64,000 bases of DNA from an uncultured Alphaproteobacteria bacterium (GCA_934276735.1 CAKQTG010000002.1:270638-334637); one strand, 5' to 3'; numbered from the stretch's first letter, positions 8,664 through 21,927 are shown. Notes: a model not told the origin generated them from the letters alone. Numbers and translations are program-made.

Positions 8664-10463
8664 TTATTTAGAAATAAATCCACCAGACTGCATCTTCCAC
8701 AGGCGGGCATACACGCCACCGCGACGCAACAATTGGTTGTGGGTTCCCTGCTCTATAATCTGGCCATGGTTGATTACGATAATCCTGTTCATATTGCGCA
8801 ATGTTGACAGACGGTGCGCAATTGCGATTGTCGTGCGCCCCGCCGACAGGCGTTCAAATGACGACTGGATTGAAACCTCGGTTTCACTGTCCAGGGCGGA
8901 CGTTGCCTCGTCCAGGACCAAAATCGGGGCATCTTTCAGAAACGCGCGAGCGATTGCGATACGCTGACGCTGGCCGCCGGACATACGCATACCGCGGTCG
9001 CCAACCATTGTGTCGTATTTGCTTTCGGTCGACATGATGAAATTGTCGGCCTGGGCCGCGCGGGCGGCAGTGCGTATTTCGGCATCGGTCGCATTGGTGC
9101 GGCCATACGCGATATTTTCACCAATCGTGCGGTTAAACATCGTCGGTTCCTGGGGGATAAATGCGATTGCCCGACGTAAAGAATCCTGGGTCACGTCACG
9201 AATATTCTGGCCATCAATCAAGATTTCGCCCTGGGTCGGTTCATAAAATCGCAATAACAAATTCACCAGTGTTGTTTTGCCCGCGCCCGAGCCCCCAACC
9301 AGCCCAACGCGTTCGCCGCTGTTTATCGTCAGGTTTAAATTATGCAGCACCCATTTACGTTTATACTTAAACGACACATTGCGGAATTCAATACGCCCAC
9401 AACGCACATGCAATTCGTGCGCATTTGGCGCGTCGGTGATTTCCAGTGGCGCACTGAGTTCTTCGTATGCCTTTTGCGCACTGCCCACTTTTTCAACAAT
9501 CTGGGGGATTTGGTCAACGATACGCGCGATTGTGCCCATCACGCTGAAAAACACCGATGTTGTGAACACGATTTCAGAAACCAATAATTTCCCATGCATA
9601 AACAGCCATACGCACAACAACATCGTTGCGCCAAACGCGACGTCCCACACGAAATTAGGCACCGCCCAGAAAAACCGCTGGACAAAGTAAGAGTGCATAT
9701 GATCCCTGACCCGTTGACGACGTGGGGCAGCCAAATACTGACGTTCGGCGTTTGCGCCGGCAAACAATTTCACCACTGAATAATTGGCCAAACTGTCCAC
9801 CAATTTACCGGCCAGGTGACTGCGCGATTCACTGGCGGTCTTGGACGCACGGTTCATTGGACGTATCAGCAAAATTCCATACACAATACGAAACACGAAC
9901 ACAAACGCAAATATTATCGCAACATATGCGTTCATGCCCATAATCAATCCAACATTTACCAAAATAACCGCGACGGCACCGAATATTTCCATAAAATTCA
10001 GAATCACCGTAAACCCATCGGCAACAAAATTTATCTGGGTATTTAATTTACCCGCCATGCGCCCGGACCAGAACGACATAGACTGGTGCTGGATATAATC
10101 CGACAGAACATCGGATACCTGGTTATCAATCTTGGGCTGCCAATGACCGCGCGCCCACGCACGCAAAACCGTGCACACGTCCAGTAAAATCAACGTTGAT
10201 GCGATTATGGCAATCGTCGGTAAAGCAAAACGGACAAACGATACGCCATCGGGCGGTGTCTGTTCAAACAGCGCGATAAACATACGCTGGAAATTCGGGA
10301 ACAGAACCCCTTCGGACATAACGGCCAGGAACAGCAATCCCCACACCAACAACGCAGCCCAGTGACCACGTGCGGCATATTTTATATAAAACTTCCATAA
10401 CGATTTTGGTAAATTTTGTGACATAGCTTGCCCAATGTTATAAGACAAATGGCGCAAAATCAA
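8664..10463 (-). CDS. ABC transporter permease/ATP-binding protein, MsbA-like exporter
   Basis: A six-TM domain is fused to an NBD with Walker A GGSGAGKT, the signature LSGGQRQR and Walker B ILVLDEATSALD. An alternative start is at 10424 (MSQNLPK). Confidence 0.8.
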   Translation of the reverse strand: MILRHLSYNIGQAMSQNLPKSLWKFYIKYAARGHWAALLVWGLLFLAVMSEGVLFPNFQRMFIALFEQTPPDGVSFVRFALPTIAIIASTLILLDVCTVLRAWARGHWQPKIDNQVSDVLSDYIQHQSMSFWSGRMAGKLNTQINFVADGFTVILNFMEIFGAVAVILVNVGLIMGMNAYVAIIFAFVFVFRIVYGILLIRPMNRASKTASESRSHLAGKLVDSLANYSVVKLFAGANAERQYLAAPRRQRVRDHMHSYFVQRFFWAVPNFVWDVAFGATMLLCVWLFMHGKLLVSEIVFTTSVFFSVMGTIARIVDQIPQIVEKVGSAQKAYEELSAPLEITDAPNAHELHVRCGRIEFRNVSFKYKRKWVLHNLNLTINSGERVGLVGGSGAGKTTLVNLLLRFYEPTQGEILIDGQNIRDVTQDSLRRAIAFIPQEPTMFNRTIGENIAYGRTNATDAEIRTAARAAQADNFIMSTESKYDTMVGDRGMRMSGGQRQRIAIARAFLKDAPILVLDEATSALDSETEVSIQSSFERLSAGRTTIAIAHRLSTLRNMNRIIVINHGQIIEQGTHNQLLRRGGVYARLWKMQSGGFISK

Positions 10464-10464
10464 C

Positions 10465-12228
10465 TTATTTTACAATATCGTGAAATATTTCTGCCGGGAT
10501 TGTGCCACCTGTAACCTTGGACGACATAGGGGTAAAATCGTCATTTCCGACCCAAACACCAATCACCCAATCAGGCGTTGCCCCAACGAACCACGCGTCG
10601 CGATTATTATTGCTGGTCCCGGTTTTCCCGCCCAGGACGTTATCTGAATTTGCGCGACGGCCCGTGCCACGAACAACAACATCGGCCAACAATTCGGTCA
10701 TGTATTCAACCGTCTGGGGTTGCAAAACCTGTAACGCGTCGGACGGATTACGTTCATACAGCACGTTGCCACGCGGATCAGTTATCTTGGTAATTGAATA
10801 TGGCCGCACCGACGCGCCATCGTTCCAAATCACCGCATATATCGTCGTTAAATCCACCAGTGACATTTCCGACGCGCCCAATACCGTTGAATATTCACGG
10901 CGTAATTTTGTTCCCACCCCCAGGCGCGACGCCATATCCAACACGGCGTCAATTCCATATGTTTCGGTCAATTTCAGTGGGACAGAATTCACACTTTTTG
11001 CAAACGCGGTTGCCAACGTTATGTCGCCATAATAACGCGCATTGTAATTTTTCGGATTGTAATCACCAATCGCAAATGGTGAATCATTGACATACGTTTC
11101 CGGCGTCATACCGTGTTCCAGCGCAACCAGATATACGACGGGTTTAAACGAACTGCCGGGTTGGCGCATTGTTGTCGCACGGTTGAACTGGCTGGTCTGG
11201 TAATCAGTGCCACCAACCATCGCACGCAACGCCCCCGACGACGTCATTGCGACCACCGCACCCTGGTATTGGTCAACATGTGACGGCAAAATTGCGGCAA
11301 TACGTTCCTGCAAATTCCGGTCCAGCGTAGTGTGCACAATCAAATCAGAATCTGTCACCCCCAGGCGCGAGTGCACCTCGTCCAAGACATAGTCCGTCCA
11401 ATAGCGATATATATTTGTATCCGGCACAGGGGTCGCAGGTGCCAATTCACGTGCGGCGGCGCGCGCATCGTCCAGGCTGACGTATCCCTGGCGCACCATT
11501 TCCTGTAACACAACGCGGGCGCGTTTAATATTACGCTCTGGGTTTTTCAGCGGACTGTATGACGTTGGGGCCTTTAACATTGCGGCGATTTGCGCCGATT
11601 GTGCCAATGTCATTTTATCGGCCGATGTTTGGAACATAACGCGCGCGGCGGCATCAATACCACGCATACCGCCAACCAATGATACGCGGTTCATATATAA
11701 ATCCAAAACCTGGTTTTTATCAAAGCGATTTTCCAGCCAGTATGACAGTATCAATTCCTGGACCTTGCGCGAGAGTTTCTTTTCCCGGGACAAGAATATG
11801 TTTTTTGCGGTCTGTTGCGTAATAGACGACCCGCCCGCCGCCAATCGGCCATGGATTGCATTTGAAAACATTGCGCGCGTAATCCCGCGGATATCAATCG
11901 GTCCATGTTCAAAGAAACGTTTATCTTCGATTGCGACGATTGCCTGCCATACGTGTGGGGGCAATGTGTCAACCGATACCGGCGTGCCCATAATGCGACC
12001 CGCGCTGCGTATTTCATTACCATTTTTATCCAGGAATATCACCGCCGCCGGACGCGTTTCGTGCAATATCGCATCCAAGGACGGCATCTGCAAGAATATA
12101 ACCGCGACATACGTCGCCACCGCCACCGCGCACAACAGCCCCAGATTTATCATCCACACAAACAGACGCCACCGCCAACTGGGGCGCGGCTTTTCCGGCG
12201 TTAAATCGGTGTTTTTTGCACGTGGCAA
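10465..12228 (-). CDS. class A penicillin-binding protein (transglycosylase-transpeptidase)
   Basis: A GT51 motif (EDKRFFEHGPID) sits after the TM anchor. The transpeptidase motifs SSFKP, SVN and KTGTS are present. At 587 aa it is unusually short for PBP1A. Confidence 0.75.
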   Translation of the reverse strand: MPRAKNTDLTPEKPRPSWRWRLFVWMINLGLLCAVAVATYVAVIFLQMPSLDAILHETRPAAVIFLDKNGNEIRSAGRIMGTPVSVDTLPPHVWQAIVAIEDKRFFEHGPIDIRGITRAMFSNAIHGRLAAGGSSITQQTAKNIFLSREKKLSRKVQELILSYWLENRFDKNQVLDLYMNRVSLVGGMRGIDAAARVMFQTSADKMTLAQSAQIAAMLKAPTSYSPLKNPERNIKRARVVLQEMVRQGYVSLDDARAAARELAPATPVPDTNIYRYWTDYVLDEVHSRLGVTDSDLIVHTTLDRNLQERIAAILPSHVDQYQGAVVAMTSSGALRAMVGGTDYQTSQFNRATTMRQPGSSFKPVVYLVALEHGMTPETYVNDSPFAIGDYNPKNYNARYYGDITLATAFAKSVNSVPLKLTETYGIDAVLDMASRLGVGTKLRREYSTVLGASEMSLVDLTTIYAVIWNDGASVRPYSITKITDPRGNVLYERNPSDALQVLQPQTVEYMTELLADVVVRGTGRRANSDNVLGGKTGTSNNNRDAWFVGATPDWVIGVWVGNDDFTPMSSKVTGGTIPAEIFHDIVK

Positions 12229-12337
12229 TTGTAATCCTTGTGTCCTTTCGGTGGAATTATATCACAAACAACTTGCGTTATGCCAGATTTTAAAACTATA
12301 ATTCAGCACGAATGTAACCCCAGGGGGAAAAGGAATA

Positions 12338-13062
12338 TGAAAAAATTATCTGTTTTGTTTTTAACCGCGATGTGCGCCGTGCCTGCGATGGCGGAACCAA
12401 TGTATGGCACATCTGACGAATACGATTATACGGACGAAGAAATCGCCCCATTGTCACAAGGTGCGCCATCGGTTGGATATTCCGCCCCGGCCCCCACATC
12501 AACATCGCGGCGCGGCGCGCGTGACAATTATGTTGGATTTCGCGTGCACCAGAACGCGCACCTGGCCATGAAATACGATGTAAATCACGGATACACCACA
12601 CATAAAACGAAAAAGAACACGGGGCTGAGTCTGAACGTCGGCAACCGTCTGACCGAATATGTGAAAATTGAATTTGAAACGGGATACACTGGCGCAAAAT
12701 TTACCAAGCGCGACACACATCACGATTACGATTTGTGGTCTAATATGCTGAACGTGTATATGTATAAAAACTTTGGCGGTGCGGTTGAACCGTATGCCGG
12801 ACTGGGCGTCGGAATGACCGGAATCTGGGGCGAAATATCCGGTGCGGCACCGCACATCACCGCATCAACGTTGGATTTGTCGGTCCAGGGTATGTTTGGT
12901 GTGAACTTTGCATTAAATGACCGGGTTGACCTGAACCTGGGGGCAAAGTATATTCGATATGGCCGCATTGAATTTGAACATAACAACGGCGAATACGCAA
13001 ACACCCGAATTGACGCCACCGAATTCTTTATCGGCGCGGCGTATAAGTTTGATGTAAAATAA
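12338..13062 (+). CDS. outer-membrane beta-barrel protein, OmpA/OmpW-like barrel domain
   Basis: An RBS (gggggaaaaggaa) lies upstream. The signal peptide is MKKLSVLFLTAMCAVPAMA. The protein has alternating-hydrophobic strands and ends FFIGAAYKFDVK. A terminator follows at 13063-13088. Confidence 0.5.
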
Positions 13063-13083
13063 AAATGCCCGTTTGGGCATTTT

Positions 13084-15413
<2,330 letters not shown>

Positions 15414-15523
15414 GTTCTCTCCATTACCAAAACTGTTATACCTGTTGCGTTTATTGTTTTATATTCTAATTATGATTGAATTCTTAGTAAAAATCAATTA
15501 CTTTTTTCATATAAATCACAAAA

Positions 15524-15558
15524 AAATAAAAACGCCCGCCAAAATCGACGGGCGCAGT
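15524..15558 (-). terminator. rho-independent terminator downstream of fabI
   Basis: On the minus strand, ctgcgcccgtcgattttggcgggcgtttttatttttttgtg forms a hairpin followed by a T-run. Confidence 0.55.
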
Positions 15559-15570
15559 GTGTGGATGAAA

Positions 15571-16383
15571 TTATTTTTCATCCAGCCCCTTTAACAAAAT
15601 ATCTTTCAATTCGTTCGGCATCATGCCCGTTGTGGAATAGCCACAGTCAACATGATGAATCTCGCCCGTGACGGCGGATGCCAGGTCACTGAACAGATAC
15701 ACCGCCGCCCCCGACACATCGTCCAGCGTCATGTTGCGACGCAATGGTGTCTGTTCCGCATTCAAGCGCAACATCGCCTTGAAACCGCCAACGCCCGACG
15801 ACGCCAGCGTCATAATCGGTCCTGCCGAAATCGCATTGACGCGAACATTGTCACGCCCCAGGTCGGATGCCAGATAACGCACACTGCTGTCCAAGGCAGA
15901 CTTTGCTACGCCCATAACATTATAATTCGGCACGGATTTTTCCCCACCAAAATACGTCAGGGCAACAATGCTGCCCCCATCGGTCATCAATTTTGACGCA
16001 CGACGAGTTAAGTCAACCAACGAATACACAGAAATATCCATTGTATTCTTGAAGTTCGCGCGAGTTGTATCGACATAGCGACCAGTCAATTCATTTTTAT
16101 CAGAAAACGCAATCGCGTGCAACATGCCGTCCAAATGCCCCCACTCGCGTTCAATGTTCGCAAACAACGAATCCATCTGTTCATCATTTTGGACATTACA
16201 TTCCTGGACAAATTTAGCCCCAATCGATTCGGCCAACGGACGCACGCGACGTTCCAGTGCCGGCATCGCGTAAGGCATCGCGATTTCCGCGCCCATTTCA
16301 TGCGCACGCCGTGCAATTGCCCACGCCATAGACCAATCGTTTGCAACGCCAGTAATCAGAATCTTTTTTCCTTTTAATAACAT
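15571..16383 (-). CDS. fabI: enoyl-ACP reductase (NADH)
   Basis: The product is an SDR with N-terminal GVANDWSMAWAIA. The catalytic Y...K is within the motif SVPNYNVMGVAKSALD. The start was trimmed to MLLKGKK (RBS aagggaag). Confidence 0.85.
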   Translation of the reverse strand: MLLKGKKILITGVANDWSMAWAIARRAHEMGAEIAMPYAMPALERRVRPLAESIGAKFVQECNVQNDEQMDSLFANIEREWGHLDGMLHAIAFSDKNELTGRYVDTTRANFKNTMDISVYSLVDLTRRASKLMTDGGSIVALTYFGGEKSVPNYNVMGVAKSALDSSVRYLASDLGRDNVRVNAISAGPIMTLASSGVGGFKAMLRLNAEQTPLRRNMTLDDVSGAAVYLFSDLASAVTGEIHHVDCGYSTTGMMPNELKDILLKGLDEK

Positions 16384-16474
16384 AATCTTCCCTTTTGTTA
16401 TTGATATTGGACACGACCAATATAGCACCCCTGTTTTAATAATTCTAGTATGAATTACTCCAACAAGATTCTTA

Positions 16475-17707
16475 TTACAAACAATCTCTTAACTCTTTAT
16501 TATATCGTAACATTGTTGGTTGATTGGCAGGATCGTACAATATGTTTTTTTGATCAAAAATTAATTCTACAGCATTACCATGATGATCAATCAACAAAAC
16601 ATCATTGCCTCTAGACCGCATTTCTATATTTCTGTTGCGATTTTGGGTTATTATTGCATGTCTATATGCATCTATGTAAACCATATTTTCCCATTTATCG
16701 AACAACTTATATTGTTCAGGGCTTTCCGCCCAAGACAAAGGAACAACATGATGTAGTTCAAACCCTACTGTTCTTTTAACTTTGTGTTTATTGAAATACG
16801 CTTCCTTCTCAGCAATCGAACGAGTCATAACATCAATTACCTCGCCTGCTTTCGTTTTAATCTTATGTGTTGACAAATTCAAGTCATCCCCCACCACATC
16901 AAAATGAGGACTTTGTGCAAACAAATGATATACTTGATCTATTTTATTTTTCCAATTATGCCAATCTCGCTGTGCAGTCTTATCCCCATCAAAATTTTCT
17001 GGTTTTAATTTATCAGACAAAATCTCTATAACTTTTATTTGCAGATATTTGCCTAACCTGCGATATGTGTGTATCAAATCAACACACTGTTCTAAAGTTA
17101 TAGAAAAACTCGTTCCCGAATCTACGGCTGAAACAAAAAACATGAATTCATATTTTGTAATCGTACCGATATGATATTCAGGCTCCTTCAATAATTGTAA
17201 AGCAATTTCTATATATCCACCCAACAAAGTATCTATCGCCTTTGTAAAAATAAATGATCTATTCAACAGATCTCTTTCTCTTATAAACTTTACGCCATCT
17301 GGTGATAACGACACATATTTTGGCGATATGCGCCCGTACGGCGAAATAAAATTTCTATTCTTGTCATATCTAGTTATCAGCCCCATACGGTGTAAGTCAA
17401 CGAAAATGTTTTTGCGTATTGAGTCTTGAGTTCCCTTTCCAACGGCTGCGTTAACTTCCTCACAAAATCTAGCATAATCATATTCATCTATTGTGTTTTC
17501 TGGCCGTTTCTTTGAATCGGTATCCCTTATTCTCAAAAGTTGATTATTTGGGGCATACCTATCCAAACACATAAGCATTTTATAAATTTCATCCATATCA
17601 TAACGATTATGTTCTGACGAAACACCACCGCGATAATTAACATCATTAACTCTTGCATCTATAAAAGATAACGCCTCGTTTGGACTCAATCCACTAACAT
17701 AAATCAT
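16475..17707 (-). CDS. putative restriction endonuclease (third gene of the RM operon)
   Basis: This 410 aa product has no recognisable motif. It overlaps the upstream methylase stop by 4 nt (ATGA) and shares the AT-rich composition of the methylases. Its size is comparable with Type IIS R proteins. Confidence 0.35.
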   Translation of the reverse strand: MIYVSGLSPNEALSFIDARVNDVNYRGGVSSEHNRYDMDEIYKMLMCLDRYAPNNQLLRIRDTDSKKRPENTIDEYDYARFCEEVNAAVGKGTQDSIRKNIFVDLHRMGLITRYDKNRNFISPYGRISPKYVSLSPDGVKFIRERDLLNRSFIFTKAIDTLLGGYIEIALQLLKEPEYHIGTITKYEFMFFVSAVDSGTSFSITLEQCVDLIHTYRRLGKYLQIKVIEILSDKLKPENFDGDKTAQRDWHNWKNKIDQVYHLFAQSPHFDVVGDDLNLSTHKIKTKAGEVIDVMTRSIAEKEAYFNKHKVKRTVGFELHHVVPLSWAESPEQYKLFDKWENMVYIDAYRHAIITQNRNRNIEMRSRGNDVLLIDHHGNAVELIFDQKNILYDPANQPTMLRYNKELRDCL

Positions 17708-18495
17708 TGCACTACCCCTAGATTATTTTTTGTTAACTCTACATATTTTTTTGATTTGTCAGCACAAATATAGTTTCTATGCAATTTTTTTGCAACAACA
17801 GCTGTTGTTCCACTACCAACAAAACAATCCAAAACAAGTTCTCCTTTATTTGAACTCGCCAAAATCATGCGTTCAATCATTTCCTCTGGTTTTGGTGTGA
17901 CGTGCTGTTGTTTTTGCACTTTGCCATTAACTTTATTTTTGTGACGCTGACTTGTTATGTGCCACACTTCACCACATAACCTGCCATTCGGATTTGGAAA
18001 CCAACGTTTCCCATTTTTTAATATTCCTTTCGTTTTTGCAGCTTCTATTCTGTCTGTAGATTCATAAGGAACACGTATGTCATTGTGATTAAAAGTATAT
18101 TTATTAGACTTTGTAAAAAATAATATACTCTCTTGTCCATTTGCATATTTTTTTGTGGATGTACCGAGTCCATCCCTTTTATCCCAAGTGATCCAATTTT
18201 GGAACACTAGTCCACGTTTTAACAAATGCTGCAAAATAAACGCACAATTAAAAGGTGTATTAAAAATATATATACTTCCTGTATCTTTCAGTTTTGGTAT
18301 AAGTGCGTCTATCCATTTTCTTGTAAATTTCATAAAATCATCATGCGATGCAAATGTGTCCCAATCAGCTTTCCCCATATTGTAAGGTGGATCTATGACA
18401 GCCAAATCAACAGATAAGTTCTTTACCTGTTTCAGGAAGTTTATACAATCCATATTATAAATTTCGTTAATCGCCAAACAACCCATCGCTAGCAC
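17704..18495 (-). CDS. beta-class DNA methyltransferase (N6-adenine type, DPPY)
   Basis: Motif IV is VIDPPYNMG near the N-terminus and motif I is LDCFVGSGTTAVVA near the C-terminus. Confidence 0.75.
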   Translation of the reverse strand: MLAMGCLAINEIYNMDCINFLKQVKNLSVDLAVIDPPYNMGKADWDTFASHDDFMKFTRKWIDALIPKLKDTGSIYIFNTPFNCAFILQHLLKRGLVFQNWITWDKRDGLGTSTKKYANGQESILFFTKSNKYTFNHNDIRVPYESTDRIEAAKTKGILKNGKRWFPNPNGRLCGEVWHITSQRHKNKVNGKVQKQQHVTPKPEEMIERMILASSNKGELVLDCFVGSGTTAVVAKKLHRNYICADKSKKYVELTKNNLGVVQ

Positions 18496-19387
18496 CTAAC
18501 TTTTTATTGATTATATCTTTGTAATGATCATACAATTCATATCCTACAAAATGTCTCTTGTTTTCTTTTGCAACTTTAAGTGTTGTTCCGCTACCCGCGA
18601 AAGGATCAAGTATCAATTCACCAACAAAAGAATACAATCTAATCAATCTGCGAGCTATTTCTTCAGGCATGATAGCTGAATGTATACCAAATGCAAGATC
18701 GCCTTTTCCAGGGATTGGTATGTTCCAAATCTGCTTTGTATATTCGACCCACTCTTGCTGTGTTAGCTGGCTGGCATCTTTTATATCCTGTGGCAACCCA
18801 TTTTCAGGACTTCCTTCTTTCACAAATACTACTATGAATTCACACGAATTCTGGGCATAAAAATTACGTGGATATGGATAACTGCCAAACATCAATTTCT
18901 TGGACGAATTTGTTCTGTTCCATATAAACAAATCCAATAAAAATAATTTTGTGTTTTTTAATATTGACTGTTGTATGTGACTCTGTAAATCAAATATGTC
19001 CCTGTTATAATGCGTGCACATTTGGGATTTCAACATCGGCATTAACGGAACATTTATGCACAACTTACCATTAGGCTTCAACACCCTTTCACATTCTTTC
19101 CAAATTTTTACTAAACCTGCGATATAATCATCAAAATCGGCATAAGCCCCCATATCATCACACTTCCTTTCAGAATGTTTACAATCTTGGTGACCATCTT
19201 TACTGTAATCTTTTATGTTAAAATATGGCGGTGATGTCACAATAACCTGAACCGAATTATCCGGCAATTCTGACATTTTTTCCGAACTTTTGTAGAAAAC
19301 TTTATCAATGTATTCTTTCATTTTCTTTCCTTGCTGAAAACTTAGCCCAAAACAATGGATAAAGTCAAGGGAACAATCAAAAAACAT
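18467..19387 (-). CDS. beta-class DNA methyltransferase (SPPY type, N4-cytosine or N6-adenine)
   Basis: Motif IV is VTSPPYFNIKDY and motif I is LDPFAGSGTT. It overlaps the next methylase gene by 29 nt. Confidence 0.75.
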   Translation of the reverse strand: MFFDCSLDFIHCFGLSFQQGKKMKEYIDKVFYKSSEKMSELPDNSVQVIVTSPPYFNIKDYSKDGHQDCKHSERKCDDMGAYADFDDYIAGLVKIWKECERVLKPNGKLCINVPLMPMLKSQMCTHYNRDIFDLQSHIQQSILKNTKLFLLDLFIWNRTNSSKKLMFGSYPYPRNFYAQNSCEFIVVFVKEGSPENGLPQDIKDASQLTQQEWVEYTKQIWNIPIPGKGDLAFGIHSAIMPEEIARRLIRLYSFVGELILDPFAGSGTTLKVAKENKRHFVGYELYDHYKDIINKKLGASDGLFGD

Positions 19388-20025
19388 ATAAGCCTTTGAT
19401 ATTATATAACACTTGAAAAAATTATTACTTTTGTGTACGATTTTATTGTTTGCCAGAGAGGTTCCTTTTTGGCTTGGTGCATTGCCGTAATACCTATTGA
19501 AAAGGGAGGCAATATAACATTGTGCCCGAGTCCGATGAGCTTGAACTCATCAAATAACAAAAAGGATGTCACCATGGTAAAATACCAAATTGGCAGAAGT
19601 GCTGTGACAGGACGTTTTGTACCAGTTAGGGCTGCGCAAAACAAACCTCGCACACACGTTGTTGAAACTATAAAGAAAAAGTAGTTTTAACGTTCTCTCC
19701 GGCAAACATTATACCACATTTTGACATTTATTTGTATAAAAAACTAAACACACATTAAAAAAATGAAAAAAAGACACATTTGATAACGAAATTGTGGACA
19801 TGATAAAAACCCTTGAATATTGTAAAGTCACCGCCCGCGCGAACATAATGACACACGGTTTGTTTTATAAAGAATTACAATATTACATACGCATTGGTTT
19901 TTATCCTTTTGATTTATGCCAATTCTAGCACACACCCAAAAAATGTCAATTTTTATATAATTTACAACAAATGAAAAAAAAAAACTTGAAATGCATAAAA
20001 AAAAATTATAAGATATGCGGGCTAT

Positions 20026-20101
20026 TCGGGCATAGTTCAGTCGGTAGAACAACGGACTGTTAATCCGTATGTCACTGGTTCGAGTCCAGTTGCCCGAGCC
20101 A
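20026..20101 (+). tRNA. tRNA-Asn (anticodon GTT)
   Basis: A cloverleaf can be drawn with acceptor TCGGGCA/TGCCCGA, D-arm GTTC-AGTCGGTA-GAAC, anticodon arm ACGGA-CTGTTAA-TCCGT and T-arm ACTGG-TTCGAGT-CCAGT. CCA is encoded. Confidence 0.85.
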
Positions 20102-20746
20102 CCTATTTCCGCAGATTTCTGCGGATTTTTTATTATCTATTCTCTACCACGTTTTTATGCAAAATTGGATGAAAGTTGCTCTAAATTGCCCTAGTTATAA
20201 AACAAAAACACATATTTGACACACAGTAATATATACTATTACTGCTGAAATCATCTCTGAAATCACACAGATTTCATACTTGAAACCATAGATGAAATCG
20301 TGATGGAATCATACCTGATTTCAGTATTGATTTCATACCTGAAAAGAGCCTTTTTTTGCCTGCGAAATATGGAACGCTATTCCGTCAGTCACAAAACCAA
20401 AACACACAAAAATCAAACAGTTATAAAAATACGATTTTTCCCCATGTGTCAAATATGTGTCTTTATTTTTGCACTTTTTTATTTTTGAATAAACAACTGG
20501 ACAAAGACAAAAAATAAGCACAAATGCAATGATTACTTAAAGTATTTATAAACGACAAATATCCAACCGGCCTAATAATAGCCCACCCCCAAAAAAAGCA
20601 AACGTGTTTTATATCGCTATGGGGTACAAAATTTACATAAAATATAACCTGCTTCCTCTTGAAAAATTTGAATTCGATCCTATATCTATCTGCACAAAGG
20701 AAGATTTTTATGCGTATATTTATAAACATAATCGGATATTGTACAG

Positions 20747-21262
20747 ATGGAGAATGGCATGCAACCAAAACACCAAGTGTTTTTTAGTTTTCATTTTGCC
20801 CGCGATGCCTGGCGAGCAGGTCAGGTAAGAAACATTAGAGATTTGGACGGCAATACGCCCGTGTCTGATAATGATTGGGAACAGGTTAAACGCGGCGGGG
20901 ATGCGGCGATTCGAACTTGGATAGAAAATCAATTGAAATACAAATCTTGTACAATTGTTTTGATAGGGACGGAAACTGCAAGTCGTCCATGGGTTAATTA
21001 TGAAATTAAGCGAAGTTGGGAGCTTGGCAAAGGCGTGTTGGGGATTTATGTGCATAATTTGCAAGACCGCATGTGCACTCAATCGCCCAAAGGGTCAAAC
21101 CCTTTTGCAAATTTTAATTTGAATGGTGTGCCTTTTGATAAAATTGTTCCAGTATATTGTGTCGAAGATTGGGAACCAAGCACAGAAGTTTATAAAAAAA
21201 TTGCCACAAATATTGGTTCGTGGGTGGAGAACGCAATTAGGATCCGGCAATTATACCCTTAA
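20747..21262 (+). CDS. TIR-like domain protein (DUF1863/MTH538-type, ThsB-like)
   Basis: The N-terminus VFFSFHFARDAWRAGQV and the segment CTIVLIG...SRPWVNYEIKRSWELGKG are hallmarks of the DUF1863 TIR-like family. Confidence 0.65.
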   Translation: MENGMQPKHQVFFSFHFARDAWRAGQVRNIRDLDGNTPVSDNDWEQVKRGGDAAIRTWIENQLKYKSCTIVLIGTETASRPWVNYEIKRSWELGKGVLGIYVHNLQDRMCTQSPKGSNPFANFNLNGVPFDKIVPVYCVEDWEPSTEVYKKIATNIGSWVENAIRIRQLYP

Positions 21263-21267
21263 CAGAT

Positions 21268-21921
21268 ATGGAGGAATATATGAGCAATTATTTTAATATA
21301 AAAGATTTCGATACACTTGAATTAAAATCACCCCCACGGCATTTTAATAATAGTTTTGCGTGTGACGAGTCGATTGGCAAACAGGGTGCGTATGATATAT
21401 TTATCTCCCATAGCTCTGCAAACAGGGAGCTTATCAGCAAATTACGGCAAGTTTTGGAAGAACGGTTTGGTTTGTCCGCATATATTGATTGGGATGAAGA
21501 TGGTGGTACAATAAGAGACGAAATTACAGAAAAAATAAAAAACGCTATGGATCGTTCTAAATCTCTATTATATGTAAAGACATCAGAATCTGACGACTCT
21601 CAATGGGTAGCATGGGAGGTAGGAAGGTTCGATGCAAAAAAACCAGATAATATTGCTGTCTTGCTTATTGAAGATGATAAATTTACCGAGGACACATGGC
21701 GACACAGAGAGTTTTTAAAGGATTATCAAATATTAGATAAAACAGATAATATTAAAGATTTTGTAAATATGGGACATAAAAAATTCTTCACTGCCAAACA
21801 AGCGCGCGACCTATCTTCTAAACTCAATTCTGGTGCAATCGCGGCAGTGGCTGCAATGGGGTCGTTATGCGATGTAACCCCCGGGTTAGGAACGCCAACG
21901 AAATACTTTGGTGACGAATAA
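21268..21921 (+). CDS. TIR domain protein (canonical bacterial TIR, ThsB-like)
   Basis: The sequence YDIFISHSSANRE...SAYIDWDE...SQWVAWEVGRF contains a candidate catalytic Glu in WEVG. The RBS is ggagg, and the gene is 5 nt downstream of the previous gene. Confidence 0.7.
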   Translation: MEEYMSNYFNIKDFDTLELKSPPRHFNNSFACDESIGKQGAYDIFISHSSANRELISKLRQVLEERFGLSAYIDWDEDGGTIRDEITEKIKNAMDRSKSLLYVKTSESDDSQWVAWEVGRFDAKKPDNIAVLLIEDDKFTEDTWRHREFLKDYQILDKTDNIKDFVNMGHKKFFTAKQARDLSSKLNSGAIAAVAAMGSLCDVTPGLGTPTKYFGDE

Positions 21922-21927
21922 TATAAA

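Noticed and set aside
12238-12337. An upstream extension of the OMP gene (MCPFGG...).
   Set aside because: The extension has no signal peptide. An internal ATG at 12338 with a strong RBS yields a canonical signal sequence.
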